Shown piece after piece: positions 28,353 to 38,558 of a DNA stretch of 54,929 bases (positions are counted from its first letter, which is position 1; the number at the start of each line of letters is the position of its first letter). The position numbers were made by a program, and so were the translations under genes. This stretch comes from a virus (taxonomy: Duplodnaviria; Caudoviricetes): the IMG/VR virus record IMGVR_UViG_3300046383_000025, positions 1 through 54,929 of that record. One strand, given 5' to 3'. Under the pieces are notes generated by a model. That model searched no databases and was not told the origin of the DNA. It was given only the letters and a program-made list of their open reading frames with translations.

Positions 28353-31300
28353 AGCGTTGCCTCTGCCGGTGTGCCGCGGCCGACGACCGCGGAGAGTTGA
28401 TAGATCCGGACGTCGATCGACGGCTGCGCGCTGCCAAAGTCCGTCGTCTGCTGCGCGGCAGTGTACGTGACCGTCTCGACGCTCGAGCTGATCGTGCGCA
28501 CCACATCGACGCCGTCGAGGATGTCTACCTCGTACGCCTCGCTCGCCTCATTGAGTGGGACGGGCACGCCATCGGTGAGAGTCTGCGAAAGCCGATCGCG
28601 CCGCAGCCAGGTGATCGTCAAATTGTTCGAGCCGTCGCGCTCGCCGCGGACGTGCACGGGCGAGAAGGTTTCGAGCGCCTCGGCGGATCCCGCGAACGTC
28701 TGATCGGTCCCGGAGCTGAACGGCTTGCCGACGGATACCGGCCGGTAGAGTCGGTCGGCGCCGATCTCCGCGGTCTGCAGCACGTAGCGATAGACGCCGG
28801 TCCCGGATACCAGCACCGCGCGATCGCCGGCGAGCACGCCCGCGGCCAGGTGCTCGGTGCCGCGGCGGCCGACGAGGAGCCGCGATAGGCGATAGCGCCC
28901 GGGCGACACCAGCTCCGCATTCGCGAATTGCACGATGTGCCAGCGGCCATCGGCGCCGATCGCGAGCGCGTTCGCGCCGGCGAGCACCGCCGCATCGGTG
29001 CGGCTCTGCAGCGTGCCGACGATCATGTCGAGCACGATCTCGCCGTCGTTGTCCCACGTGTAGGTATCGCCGACGGAATGCGATACGACCTCGCCGACGA
29101 AGGCCTCGACGTTGACGCCGCCGATCGTTGCGTAGGTCGAGCCAGCGTCGATGCTGCGCAGCACATGCGCGCCGTTCCACGCGGAGCCCGGGCCTTGATT
29201 GCGCACGACGTAGTAGAAGCCGGGATCGTCATGCGCGTCCTGCAGCGCCGGCAGATCGAGGATCGTCAGCTCGGTATCGCCGATGAGCAGCAGCACCGAG
29301 TCTTGGCGATTCGGCGGCGTGGCGATCGCGGTCGAAGTGTACGAGCCGTCGTCATCGCGCACGGCCTCGAACTTCCGCAAGATGAGCGCGCTGTCCTGCG
29401 CGCGCAGCAAGCGCACGCGATAGTTGCGGCCGTCGATCGGCACGATCAAACAGTCGGCCGGCTCGAGCGCGTGATAGCTCGCGTCGAGCTGGAAGCTGTG
29501 CAGCCAGCGCGACGCCCACGCCTCGCGGAACAGGATCTCGGCGAGCTGCGCCGCCTCGTCGTCGTCGAGCACCACCGGGCAATCGACGTCGATGAGGTTG
29601 ACGCCGACGGTGCCGATGCGCGCCGGGGAGAGCTGCTCGCCACGCTCGAACGCGCGCGCCTCCGACAGATAGCGGATCCGGATCTGCAGCGGTAGCTCGT
29701 AATCCTGCAGCTTGCGAGTCGTGATCGCCGGCGGCTTCGCGTCCTGCGCGAGCGCGGGCCCGAGATCCTCGGCCGGAATCGTCGCGACCGCGGCCGCGCC
29801 GCGGACCGGGAAGCGCAAGGTCTCGCCGCTCTCGACGTAGTCGAACAGTCCGACCATGCGCATCGGGTTGAGCGCAGAGAGCGCGCTCATGACGCTCGTC
29901 ACGGCGTAGCCGATGACCTCGCGCTCGACGAGCTCGCTCACGTCGACGTCGGTCACATCGGCAGCCGCGCAGAGACTCTCGACGACGGTGGCGATCGAGA
30001 CGACGCGGCCCGCGTCGCCGGAGACGCACGCGATCACGTCGCTCCACGCTTGCTCGGCCGGCATATCGACGAGCGTAAAAGCCGAGTCGCCGGCTTCCCG
30101 ATAGGCGAAGCTATCGGTCCCGGTGCCGCTGCCAATCATCATCGCGCGCTCGCGCGAGGAGTCGTACGCCAGGCCCTCCCAGTTGTGCCCGCTGCGCGGC
30201 GTCTGCGCGGCGCCCATGATGCTCGTGAAGTCGCCCCACTGATCCGCGCAAATCATGACGACGCGCCCATGCGCCGGCATGTAGCGCACGCGCCGCACGT
30301 CGCCATTGTTGGGGAACGTGCTGCCGCCTAGCGGGTTGCTCCAGGTATGCATCCCGGTCGGACTCGTCGCGATGTTCGGCGGGCCGCTCGATGACTGCTG
30401 CACGCCGGAGTACACGAAATGCGCCCGCTGCGTGTCATACGTGATGCCGGTCACCCTGATGCCGAAGCCGCCCGGCGAGGTATCGACGAAGCCGGTCGAG
30501 AGCGCCCATGTGACGCCGAAGTCATTGCTGTAGATGATCCGGCAACCGATGCCGCCGCCCGAGATCGAGCCGACGGCGACGAGGCGCTGCAGCTCCGGCG
30601 AGTAGCAGATGTCGGATACATAGACGATGTCGATCGCGGTCAGGTCGATCGCGGTCCAGGTCACACCATCGGGACTCGTGCGCAGCACCGTGCTCGCCTG
30701 CTCGCCACCGCCGGCGGAATAGCAGCCTGCAATGAAGAAGCCGCCGTTGTCCGCGACCCAGACGATCGACCACCAGTTGTTGCTCGAATTGTTGATCCCC
30801 GAGTCGACGCCGGTCCACGTGACCCCGCCATCGTCGGAGTACATCGTGTCCATCTTCGGGCCGGAGGCCGTCGTGCGATTGCCGACAGCGACCAAGCGGC
30901 GTAGCGACGGAGAAAACGCGATCGCATACCACTGCCCTTGTTGGACGCCGCCATCGCCGGCGAACGGCGTCTCGCGCATCGTCCACGTCAGGCCGCCATC
31001 TCTCGACGTCGCCGCCGAATGCGAGCCGCTCGCGGTCGTGCGGCTGATTGCGCAGAGCGTCGTCTCGGCGTCGCCGCCGATCTCGACTTTGAACACGGGA
31101 TGACGCCGTGCCTGATCGTCCTGCAGCAGACGATCGGGCCAGACGATGAACGCGAGACCGCGAAACGCCGGCACGTTGCCGACCCCGAGCTCAGTCTCGA
31201 GCGTCGGATCCGGGAGCTGATCCTCGCTGCCGCGGTACAGCGTGAACGTGTCCTGATACTCGGTCGAGGCCGCGATGCGCTCGTCATAGTCGGCGGTCGA

Positions 31301-31738
31301 TTCGCCGATGCCCTGCGGACTCAAGTCATAGACGAGCTTGCCGTTCTCCCAGATGCGCGTGATCCCCGGGATCTCGCCCTCGCACAAGCCGAGCGCGAGC
31401 GTCTGCGTGTACGTGAACGTCGTCACGTCCTGAGTCGGCGCGCCCTTGCCGCCGACCTCCTCGGTGTTGGAGATCTCGGTTACGGGCCCGAGATACATCC
31501 GGAACCCGGGCACCGCGACGCGGCCGAAGCACTTCCACACCGCTGCGCCCGGGTCCGCCTCGGCGCGCTCGAAATCCTCGAGCCGCGGCCCCGTTACGCC
31601 GGGGAGTTGCGTCGGGAACAGCAGCGAACCCGCGAGCAGTCCGTATTGAAAGCCGGCGAACGCGCCGGCCGGGCCGCCGATGAAAAAGCCGACGACGCCG
31701 CCGGCGAGCGCGCTGAAGGCTTGGCCCGGGTTAGACAT
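28349..31738 (-). CDS. GTA-type central tail tip (megatron / Phage-tail_3) with an inserted Asp-box beta-propeller
   Basis: GPRL.D...FG..A...LCEG.I..I.RIW..GKL...PAFRGLA; LDLPAL...L.GAN..AIG...L..GRRGTE; W.RR.R. Confidence 0.88.
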   Translation of the reverse strand: MSNPGQAFSALAGGVVGFFIGGPAGAFAGFQYGLLAGSLLFPTQLPGVTGPRLEDFERAEADPGAAVWKCFGRVAVPGFRMYLGPVTEISNTEEVGGKGAPTQDVTTFTYTQTLALGLCEGEIPGITRIWENGKLVYDLSPQGIGESTADYDERIAASTEYQDTFTLYRGSEDQLPDPTLETELGVGNVPAFRGLAFIVWPDRLLQDDQARRHPVFKVEIGGDAETTLCAISRTTASGSHSAATSRDGGLTWTMRETPFAGDGGVQQGQWYAIAFSPSLRRLVAVGNRTTASGPKMDTMYSDDGGVTWTGVDSGINNSSNNWWSIVWVADNGGFFIAGCYSAGGGEQASTVLRTSPDGVTWTAIDLTAIDIVYVSDICYSPELQRLVAVGSISGGGIGCRIIYSNDFGVTWALSTGFVDTSPGGFGIRVTGITYDTQRAHFVYSGVQQSSSGPPNIATSPTGMHTWSNPLGGSTFPNNGDVRRVRYMPAHGRVVMICADQWGDFTSIMGAAQTPRSGHNWEGLAYDSSRERAMMIGSGTGTDSFAYREAGDSAFTLVDMPAEQAWSDVIACVSGDAGRVVSIATVVESLCAAADVTDVDVSELVEREVIGYAVTSVMSALSALNPMRMVGLFDYVESGETLRFPVRGAAAVATIPAEDLGPALAQDAKPPAITTRKLQDYELPLQIRIRYLSEARAFERGEQLSPARIGTVGVNLIDVDCPVVLDDDEAAQLAEILFREAWASRWLHSFQLDASYHALEPADCLIVPIDGRNYRVRLLRAQDSALILRKFEAVRDDDGSYTSTAIATPPNRQDSVLLLIGDTELTILDLPALQDAHDDPGFYYVVRNQGPGSAWNGAHVLRSIDAGSTYATIGGVNVEAFVGEVVSHSVGDTYTWDNDGEIVLDMIVGTLQSRTDAAVLAGANALAIGADGRWHIVQFANAELVSPGRYRLSRLLVGRRGTEHLAAGVLAGDRAVLVSGTGVYRYVLQTAEIGADRLYRPVSVGKPFSSGTDQTFAGSAEALETFSPVHVRGERDGSNNLTITWLRRDRLSQTLTDGVPVPLNEASEAYEVDILDGVDVVRTISSSVETVTYTAAQQTTDFGSAQPSIDVRIYQLSAVVGRGTPAEATL

Positions 31739-32147
31739 AGATCACGCCCGGCGCCGCCCAGATGCCGACGGTCATCGCGCGCCACACGCCGCGATACGGT
31801 TGCCGCACCACGGCGCCCGCCTTCTTATAGGCGTGAATCAGATCGCCCGCCGCATAGATCCCCAGGTGACTCGGCAGCTCCTCCCGCGGCCACTGGAGCT
31901 GCACCAGGCAGCCGTCGCGCAGATCCGCGAGCGGCCGGCACCATTGCTCGATCGCCGCCTGCAGCTCCGCGCCAGGCCGCCGCCCGTAGTTCGCGCGTAC
32001 GCGATAGCCCTCCGGCAAGCCCGGGCCGTCGGCGATCGCGCACTCGACGAAGCCGACACAATCGACGGCGACGCGGCTGCGACCTTGATGCGCATACGGG
32101 ACGCCGATCCAGCTCTCCGCGACCGCGATGAATTCCGCCGGCGTCAC
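31731..32147 (-). CDS. NlpC/P60-family tail peptidase
   Basis: AESWIGVPY.HQGR....DCVG...HLGI...LIHAY. Confidence 0.9.
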   Translation of the reverse strand: MTPAEFIAVAESWIGVPYAHQGRSRVAVDCVGFVECAIADGPGLPEGYRVRANYGRRPGAELQAAIEQWCRPLADLRDGCLVQLQWPREELPSHLGIYAAGDLIHAYKKAGAVVRQPYRGVWRAMTVGIWAAPGVIYV

Positions 32148-33034
32148 GTCGGCCCCCGGAGCAGCGCATCTTTGCCCGCCGCGAAACAGCCATAGCCGCG
32201 GAAGTTCACGATGTTGTCGTGCACATCGCGGCACGTCTCGAGACGCCGATCGCAGCCGGGCGGAACGCTGACCGTGTTGCCGATCGCGATGTCGTCGGGC
32301 GCCTCGTCCCACAGCTCCACGGTCAACGTCGAGCTGACGAGCGTGGCCGTCTTGATCTCGCGGACCGCGTTCAAGTTCGGGCCCGACGTGAACACCAGCC
32401 GGCCGCCGTTGTAGTAGGTTGCGTTCAGCGGCGCCGGGCCCGCGTCGAGCGTGACCGTGAAGCTCCGCCGGTTCGCCACGGTTGCGACCGTGCCGGTGCG
32501 CGTCACCGCGGCCACGTCGAATTTGCAGCGCGCATCGCCGAACAGCTTGACGTTGCAGCGCTCGCTGTACGTTTGGACGATGTTCTGCTGCAAGGCCTGG
32601 GTGAGCCCGCGCACCTCGCTGCGAAAGGCGCCATTCGAATCGCGCGAGAATTCGCCCAGCGTGCCCGCGCACATGACCTTGACGACGTAGCGATCGACCC
32701 AGTTGACCAGCAGCAACACCGCGCGCGACTGATCGAACAGCCCGCCCTCGATCTGCGCCACCGTGATCTCGCCGATCTCGGCGTCGAGGCGGAACGCGCC
32801 GTCGACGTCGAGGTTACTGACGGAGCCGTCGGACTTCTGCTGCACGTCGGTCGCGAACGCCGCCGAGCGCGCCGTATACGTGCCGGCATAGGGTCCGGAC
32901 GCTATCGGCAGATCCTTGTTGTGCTGAGTGCCGCGCAGCACGACGCCATCGTTGCGATAGACCGCCCAGCACGTCGTGAGCGTCGTCGCGTCGAGATTCA
33001 GATGCGCCGCGGCCTCCGCGGTGAAGGTCAGCAT
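32144..33034 (-). CDS. DUF2163 / BR0599 baseplate hub protein
   Basis: TT...CW...R.DG...C...LFGD.RC...PGCD...TC....N..NFRG. Confidence 0.9.
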   Translation of the reverse strand: MLTFTAEAAAHLNLDATTLTTCWAVYRNDGVVLRGTQHNKDLPIASGPYAGTYTARSAAFATDVQQKSDGSVSNLDVDGAFRLDAEIGEITVAQIEGGLFDQSRAVLLLVNWVDRYVVKVMCAGTLGEFSRDSNGAFRSEVRGLTQALQQNIVQTYSERCNVKLFGDARCKFDVAAVTRTGTVATVANRRSFTVTLDAGPAPLNATYYNGGRLVFTSGPNLNAVREIKTATLVSSTLTVELWDEAPDDIAIGNTVSVPPGCDRRLETCRDVHDNIVNFRGYGCFAAGKDALLRGPT

Positions 33035-33673
33035 CTACGCCTCGGCATCCTCGACGACAGACAGGTCGCCGATCGCATACGCGAACTCATTGCCGCTCGC
33101 GCGCTGCTCGAGCCCGAGGAACTGCGCCGAGACCATATCGCGATCGAAGCGCGCCGGCACGTAGAAGAACCCGGTCCAGCGCAGCCCGTCGCCGGAGTCG
33201 AGATTGATGGCCGTGTCGAGGCTCACGATCCCGGTCGTCGTGTCGAGATCGTAATTGGACGGGGAGACCACGACCCAGCCGCTGCCCGTGTTCGACTCCA
33301 GCACGAAGCCATCCGCGGACGGTTTCTTGATCGCGCGCGACCAGCCATTGATCGCCAGGCCGTAGGTCTTGGTGAGCTGCACGTCCTGCTGGCTCTCGTG
33401 CGCGAGCAGCTCTTGCGTCGCTATGTAGTCGTTCCAGTCTTTGTAGAGGAACGAATGCATGCGCCCGCGCATCGCGTGCAGGAATCCGCGGATGTAAGCG
33501 AGCTCGTCGCTGCGCACGTTGCGATTGCCGAGCTGCCAGCGGCCGAGCGCATCGGCGAATTGCTGATTGCGACGGGTCGCGCCATTCGGGAAGCTCAAGA
33601 CCTGCGTGTCCCAGCTATGCCCGCCGTCGGCGCCGTAGTCGATCCCGATGTCGAAGATCTCCTCGAAGTGCAT
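33035..33673 (-). CDS. DUF2460 distal tail protein
   Basis: YGA.GG...T.V....G...RN...FL.A.RGR..SF.YKDW.DY...QL.K.Y...F.VP.RFD.D. Confidence 0.9.
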   Translation of the reverse strand: MHFEEIFDIGIDYGADGGHSWDTQVLSFPNGATRRNQQFADALGRWQLGNRNVRSDELAYIRGFLHAMRGRMHSFLYKDWNDYIATQELLAHESQQDVQLTKTYGLAINGWSRAIKKPSADGFVLESNTGSGWVVVSPSNYDLDTTTGIVSLDTAINLDSGDGLRWTGFFYVPARFDRDMVSAQFLGLEQRASGNEFAYAIGDLSVVEDAEA

Positions 33674-33675
33674 CG

Positions 33676-36288
33676 CTACCCACCGTTACGCGCGCGCGCG
33701 CGTTGCAGTTGCGTCGCTATCGAGGCGCCGATCTGGCCTTCGCTCTCGCGCCTGAAGCTCTCGGCGTCTTTCGTCTCGATCGTCACGTTGACCGTGCTGC
33801 CCCCGCCGCTGTTGCGCGAGTTGCGCGGATCTCGCCGGCTCAGAACCTCCTCCCCGGTCTGCAGAATCGCGGGGCGCTCGCCCGGCACGATCCCGCCCAT
33901 GTGCAGCCGCGGCGCGCCGGCGAAGGCGATTTTCGGCACGAGCCGTTGTGGCGCGCCCGGCTCGCCGACGATCCCGCCGCCATGAAAAAGCGAAGCGAAG
34001 AATCCTCCAATACCACCGCCGCCCCCGATGCCGCCCAGCGCGCCGAACAATTTATCGAAGATCTTCTCGCTGACGAGCTGCGCGGCCTTGCGCCGTAGAT
34101 CGTTGAGAAAGCTGTCGAACGCATCGCCGGCCTCTTGCGCCCCGGAGAGGAACGACGCGAACGCACTCTCGCCGGCGTCCCGCGTCGTCTCTTTCATTTC
34201 CTGGAAAACCGTCTTGGAGGTTTTGCCAAGCTCCTCGATCTCGAGCTTCAGATCCTCGACGCGCGCGATCGCCGCCGGATCGCCGGTCGCGGCCGCGAGC
34301 TGCTCGTACAGCGGAATCAGCTTTTCCAGCTCCTCGGCCGTCTGCTGATGCAGCTCGATGATCCGCCGGCGGCCTTCCCGCTCGCTGATGTTCCCGGTCT
34401 CGACCTCCAGCTCGACGCGCCGCTGCGCGCGCGCGAGATCTGCGAGCGTGGTATCGACCTCCTCCTGCAGCTCCTCCAGGCGCGTGCGGGCGAGCTCGAC
34501 GTTGATCAGCTCTTGCACGAGCTGCTGCCCGGCGACGTCGCCCTCTGCGACAAGCCGCGCCATTAGATCCTTGAACTCGCGCTCGAGCGCGCTCGCGCGC
34601 GCGCCCTCGTCGTCGCCGCGCAGCTCGAGCAATCGCTCGCGCACGCCGGCGAGCTGTTCGGCCAGCTTCTCGTTTGCATCGGCGAGATCGCGCGCCGCCT
34701 TGGTCGCGACATCACCGCGTTCCCGTTCGAGCACCGTGATCTCGGAGACGAGCTTCGCGCGCTTCGCTTCTTGATCCTCGATCTCGTCGCCGCGCTCATC
34801 GGCTAAGCGGATCTCCTCGTCGAGCAGCGACAACGCCGCCCGGCGCTGCTCGATCTCTTGATTGATCGCGCGCGTCTGCAGCTCAGTGCGCTTGCGGAAG
34901 AAGTCCTCGAAGCTCACGAGGTTCTTCGAGAAATCCCGTTCGAGCGTTTCGCGGATCCGTTTCAGCTCGTCGTCGAGCAGCACGCCGGCGGCCTCGAGCT
35001 GGCTCTGCAGCTCTTTGATCGCATCGCGTGCGTCGATCGGGGCGATCGTCGGGGCGATCGTCGCCGGCGTCGGCCGGGTGACCTCGCCGGCGCCGCGGCC
35101 CGGCGTCACGCCCTCGGTAAAGAACGCGTTCGGGTTGGTCTGCAGCACGTGCTGCGCTTCCGCCAGGCTGCGCGCCTCGGCTTCGAGCTTCGCGATCTTC
35201 TCGCGCGTCTGGTCCGCCAGCTTCTGATTGAAGCCCTGGAATTGCGCGAGGTCGTGCTGCGCGAGTTTCAGCTCGTCGCGGTTGCGCTCGATCGCCGCCG
35301 TGAGCGCCTCGACCTGATCGGTCGGCGACGTCGTCCCGGTCGCCGCCTGCGCGAGAAAGATGCCGATCCCCTGCCCGGCCTCGACGAGCAGCCGCGTCGC
35401 TTTGACCAAGGTCTCGGCCGCGGCGAGGACCGCGCTCGTGAGGGTCTGAAAAGCCGCGACCGTCGCCGGATCCTTGAGGACCTCCGTTAGCGACTCGATC
35501 GACGCGCGCAGCGCCTCGGAGCCCTCGCCCTTACCTTCGAGCAGCTCGCCGAAGGCATTCTTCAGCGCATCGAGCGCGCCGCCTAGCGTGTCGCGCGCGG
35601 CCGCGGCGGCGCCGCCGTACTGTTTCTCCAGCGCCTCCAAGATCACGCGCTGCGCGCTCGCGAGGTCGTTGATCTCCTGGAATCGCTTGACCTGCGCCTG
35701 CTGCTCGTTCGTGAGCAAGATCCCTTGGCGACGGAGCTGCGTGATTCCGCGCACCGGATCGTTGAGCGCCTTACCGAGCGTTTGCGCCGCGCTCGATGCG
35801 TCGATGCGCAGCGCGCTCGCCATGTTGAGCACGGCTTCGGTTGTGTCGGTGAAGTTGTCACCGCGAATGTTCTGGAAGCCGAGAAGCACCTGCTGCGCGC
35901 CGACGATCGCCTCGTCGGAGAAGCGGGTCACGTCCTGCAGATCCTTCGCGAACTTGACGAGCTGCTCGCCCGTGAAGCCGGCGACGCCGCCAGTGCTCTT
36001 GATCCGCGCCTCGAGCTGCGCCGTGACCTCCTCGGCCTGCACGGTGTTGCGCACGACCGCGCTGATGAGCGAGGAGACGCCGCGGAAGGAAAGGTACGCG
36101 CCGACGATCCCCGAGATCTGCGACTTGATGCCGGTCAGGCCGCGGCCGAGGCCCGCCCAGTTGCCGCTCGACTTCTTCGCCTCGTCGCCGGCGGCGCGCG
36201 TCTCGCGCCGCAGCTCTGCGATCGAGCGGCGGATGTCGGTGAGATCGCCGGCTATGCGAACGCGGATGTCGTCGTTGCTTGCGCTCAT
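33676..36288 (-). CDS. Tape measure protein
   Basis: 870 aa, Ala/Glu-rich helical; LGKALNDP..G...L; C-terminal FH.GG..G...APRLH.GG..GE..AILQ.GE.VL. Confidence 0.92.
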   Translation of the reverse strand: MSASNDDIRVRIAGDLTDIRRSIAELRRETRAAGDEAKKSSGNWAGLGRGLTGIKSQISGIVGAYLSFRGVSSLISAVVRNTVQAEEVTAQLEARIKSTGGVAGFTGEQLVKFAKDLQDVTRFSDEAIVGAQQVLLGFQNIRGDNFTDTTEAVLNMASALRIDASSAAQTLGKALNDPVRGITQLRRQGILLTNEQQAQVKRFQEINDLASAQRVILEALEKQYGGAAAAARDTLGGALDALKNAFGELLEGKGEGSEALRASIESLTEVLKDPATVAAFQTLTSAVLAAAETLVKATRLLVEAGQGIGIFLAQAATGTTSPTDQVEALTAAIERNRDELKLAQHDLAQFQGFNQKLADQTREKIAKLEAEARSLAEAQHVLQTNPNAFFTEGVTPGRGAGEVTRPTPATIAPTIAPIDARDAIKELQSQLEAAGVLLDDELKRIRETLERDFSKNLVSFEDFFRKRTELQTRAINQEIEQRRAALSLLDEEIRLADERGDEIEDQEAKRAKLVSEITVLERERGDVATKAARDLADANEKLAEQLAGVRERLLELRGDDEGARASALEREFKDLMARLVAEGDVAGQQLVQELINVELARTRLEELQEEVDTTLADLARAQRRVELEVETGNISEREGRRRIIELHQQTAEELEKLIPLYEQLAAATGDPAAIARVEDLKLEIEELGKTSKTVFQEMKETTRDAGESAFASFLSGAQEAGDAFDSFLNDLRRKAAQLVSEKIFDKLFGALGGIGGGGGIGGFFASLFHGGGIVGEPGAPQRLVPKIAFAGAPRLHMGGIVPGERPAILQTGEEVLSRRDPRNSRNSGGGSTVNVTIETKDAESFRRESEGQIGASIATQLQRARARNGG

Positions 36289-36490
36289 TCCTGCAGCTTC
36301 GCTAGGTACTTCTCAAAGTCTTTCTTCGAGGCCTGCGACGCACGTAGATCTAGCAACGCTGCAGCGCGCCTATTCGAGAGCGCGCGCTCGATCGCTTTGG
36401 TGAACGCCCGCACTTGCGCGAGCGTATAGCCCTCGATGTCCGCTAGTCGATGTCCGCAGCCGACGAGCGTTTGGATGCTGTCCGCCCAAC
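36285..36490 (-). CDS. Frameshifted extension of the tail assembly chaperone (gpGT-like, -1 frame)
   Basis: W.D.IQ.L...GHR..DI..YTLAQVR.F in the -1 frame, no own SD, ends at the tape measure start. Confidence 0.7.
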
Positions 36491-36946
36491 CCCAAGCAGC
36501 CGCAGAGTCGCGCCGAGATCGCGCACGCTGGCTTCGCCGTTTGGAATCAGGCGACGGACGAAAAAATCGAGGTTCACCGAAACGACTGCCGTGACCAGCT
36601 CGAGCAGCTCGTCTGGCATCGCGTCGTCGATCCACGCCGCTTCGCGTCCCACCGCCGCGGCCGTCGCTTTGACGACGTGCTCGCCATGCTGCTCGATGAG
36701 GGTCATCAAGGTTTGCGCCTTGAGCAGCTCATCGAGGGAACGCGTCTTGACGACCTGCTCGAGCAGGCCATTGACCGTCGCCATCAGCGGGCGGGCATGC
36801 GGCAGAAAATCGCGGATGCGGCGCACGGTCATCGGCGAGACCTCGATGGTCTCGCCGCGGACCTGCACAGTGCGTTTGCGCGACGCGCCGCCGAGAGCTT
36901 CGTCGATCTCGGCGGCGGCGCCGGTCAGTGGAGCTACTGCGCTCAA
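36443..36946 (-). CDS. Tail assembly chaperone (gpG-like)
   Basis: Between tail tube and tape measure; DELLEL...V..VN.DFF. Confidence 0.8.
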   Translation of the reverse strand: MSAVAPLTGAAAEIDEALGGASRKRTVQVRGETIEVSPMTVRRIRDFLPHARPLMATVNGLLEQVVKTRSLDELLKAQTLMTLIEQHGEHVVKATAAAVGREAAWIDDAMPDELLELVTAVVSVNLDFFVRRLIPNGEASVRDLGATLRLLGVGRTASKRSSAADID

Positions 36947-37695
36947 GTGACCTGATCCTCATAGAAGTACTGCGACAGCCCGGCGCCGACGATCGTCGTG
37001 TCTTTCAACACTTCGCCCGTGAGCTGCAGCGCGCCGAAGTCGTCGCCGGACAGCAAGGCTTGCTCCGCGGCCGCGCCGAGTCGCACCTTGTGCAGGCGTA
37101 CCCGGACCTCTTTCTCGTCGCGCGCCTCGTTCTCGCCGACGAACACGATCTCGACCTCCGGCGCCGCGGTGCGAATCGCTTGCGTGCGCACGTATGCCGG
37201 ATGCGTGTAGTCGATGAGCAGCGTCTCGCCCTCGTCGATGTCCGGAGAGTCGGCGTCGATCGCGATGCCGCCCGGCTCGACGGTGTAGTTTCCATCCGCG
37301 GTGATCGGCACACCGGGCGAGGAGCTCGTCGAGATATTCACGCCCGTATACGGCCCCGGGTGATCGAGGAAGATGAAGCCGCCGAGCGTGGCCTCGTGCT
37401 CCTCGTTCGTCACTGCGGCGCCGGCGACGCTCGTGTTCTCGCCGAACAATGCACGCGCCAGCAGCGCGGGACGGAACTCGCGGTGATTGATCGTCACCGT
37501 GACATTCTGGATCCGGCGCACCTGATCGTAGATGCCGCCGCCCGGCTGCGTGCGATCGGGCAAGTCGATGACTTGCTCCGCGATCGCGAGATTGACCGTG
37601 TCGACGAGACCCGGCCACTCGAAGGCAGAAGTCTCGCCGTACTCGCGCACGTAGAGTTTGCCCGAGACGAAGTAAGTGAAAATCTCGTCGGCCAT
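36943..37695 (-). CDS. Major tail tube protein
   Basis: YF..G.LY...GG....V.RI...NLA-like...F.G.NEA...L..DDF..L...GEVL.D...G.G.SQYF; position. Confidence 0.85.
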   Translation of the reverse strand: MADEIFTYFVSGKLYVREYGETSAFEWPGLVDTVNLAIAEQVIDLPDRTQPGGGIYDQVRRIQNVTVTINHREFRPALLARALFGENTSVAGAAVTNEEHEATLGGFIFLDHPGPYTGVNISTSSSPGVPITADGNYTVEPGGIAIDADSPDIDEGETLLIDYTHPAYVRTQAIRTAAPEVEIVFVGENEARDEKEVRVRLHKVRLGAAAEQALLSGDDFGALQLTGEVLKDTTIVGAGLSQYFYEDQVT

Positions 37696-37707
37696 CGAAT
37701 AACCTCC

Positions 37708-38169
37708 CTAGGTATTTACGGTCGAGTCGTTGCGACGGGTCTGAAAACTCAGCTCAAAGATCCGGGTGGCGATCATCGTGTAGACCTCTTTGTACTCCGA
37801 TCGCCGCGTCGTTCCTGTCTCTCTGCAGAAGTGCACCAGCCCGCCGAGGCGGGTCTGGCCGAGAGTCGCGGTAGCCCAGTTCAGCATCGCGTCAACACTG
37901 CGATCGAGCTGCTCGACCTCGTCGACTGACGCGGCGCATTGTACTGCTATCGCGGTGCGGCGCCTCGTCATTCGGTCTTGGCTGCTCGACTGCATCGGCG
38001 CGTCGATCGACTCGTCGCCGAGGAATACCGCCATGCGCGGCGCGCTCTCGACGATCGGATCGCCGGGAAATACCCGCTTGTTCGAGACCTCCGGGATGCC
38101 GTCCGGCCGATCGGTATTGAGCAGCACGATCGCGGCGCCGACGGCCTGGAGGATGATGCTGTCCGCCAT
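37708..38169 (-). CDS. Tail terminator / completion protein
   Basis: Position, ~153 aa, TLGGL motif. Confidence 0.6.
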   Translation of the reverse strand: MADSIILQAVGAAIVLLNTDRPDGIPEVSNKRVFPGDPIVESAPRMAVFLGDESIDAPMQSSSQDRMTRRRTAIAVQCAASVDEVEQLDRSVDAMLNWATATLGQTRLGGLVHFCRETGTTRRSEYKEVYTMIATRIFELSFQTRRNDSTVNT

Positions 38170-38516
38170 TAGATCGGCTCGCTCATGATCTTGCCCAGCA
38201 GGATGATGACGCGGCCGACGCCGGCGCTGTAGGGACCGCCGTTGTACCGGAAGCTGCCGCGGCCCTCGATCGCTACCTGATCCTCGAGCTCGACGCCGGC
38301 GCTCTGCATCGCTTCGAAGTCGCTGGCCCGCATGTTGAACGTCGGGGAATCGAATACGAGCGCCTGCTCGTCGATCCCATCGACGCCGCCGGCCTCGTTG
38401 AAGTAGCCGCGCAGCACGAGCGAGCCGAAGGTGAGGGTATCGCCGAGCCCGACGTGATCGAGCGCGCCGAGGATCTTGGCGTCCATTCCGGTCAGGGTGT
38501 CGTACGTATTCCCCAC
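38169..38516 (-). CDS. Head-tail joining (gpFII-like) protein
   Basis: Size, position and beta-rich pattern. Confidence 0.55.
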   Translation of the reverse strand: MGNTYDTLTGMDAKILGALDHVGLGDTLTFGSLVLRGYFNEAGGVDGIDEQALVFDSPTFNMRASDFEAMQSAGVELEDQVAIEGRGSFRYNGGPYSAGVGRVIILLGKIMSEPI

Positions 38517-38558
38517 GCGGCGGGCCCTTGCTGCTGACGGCGCCGAGTCTACTTGCCC

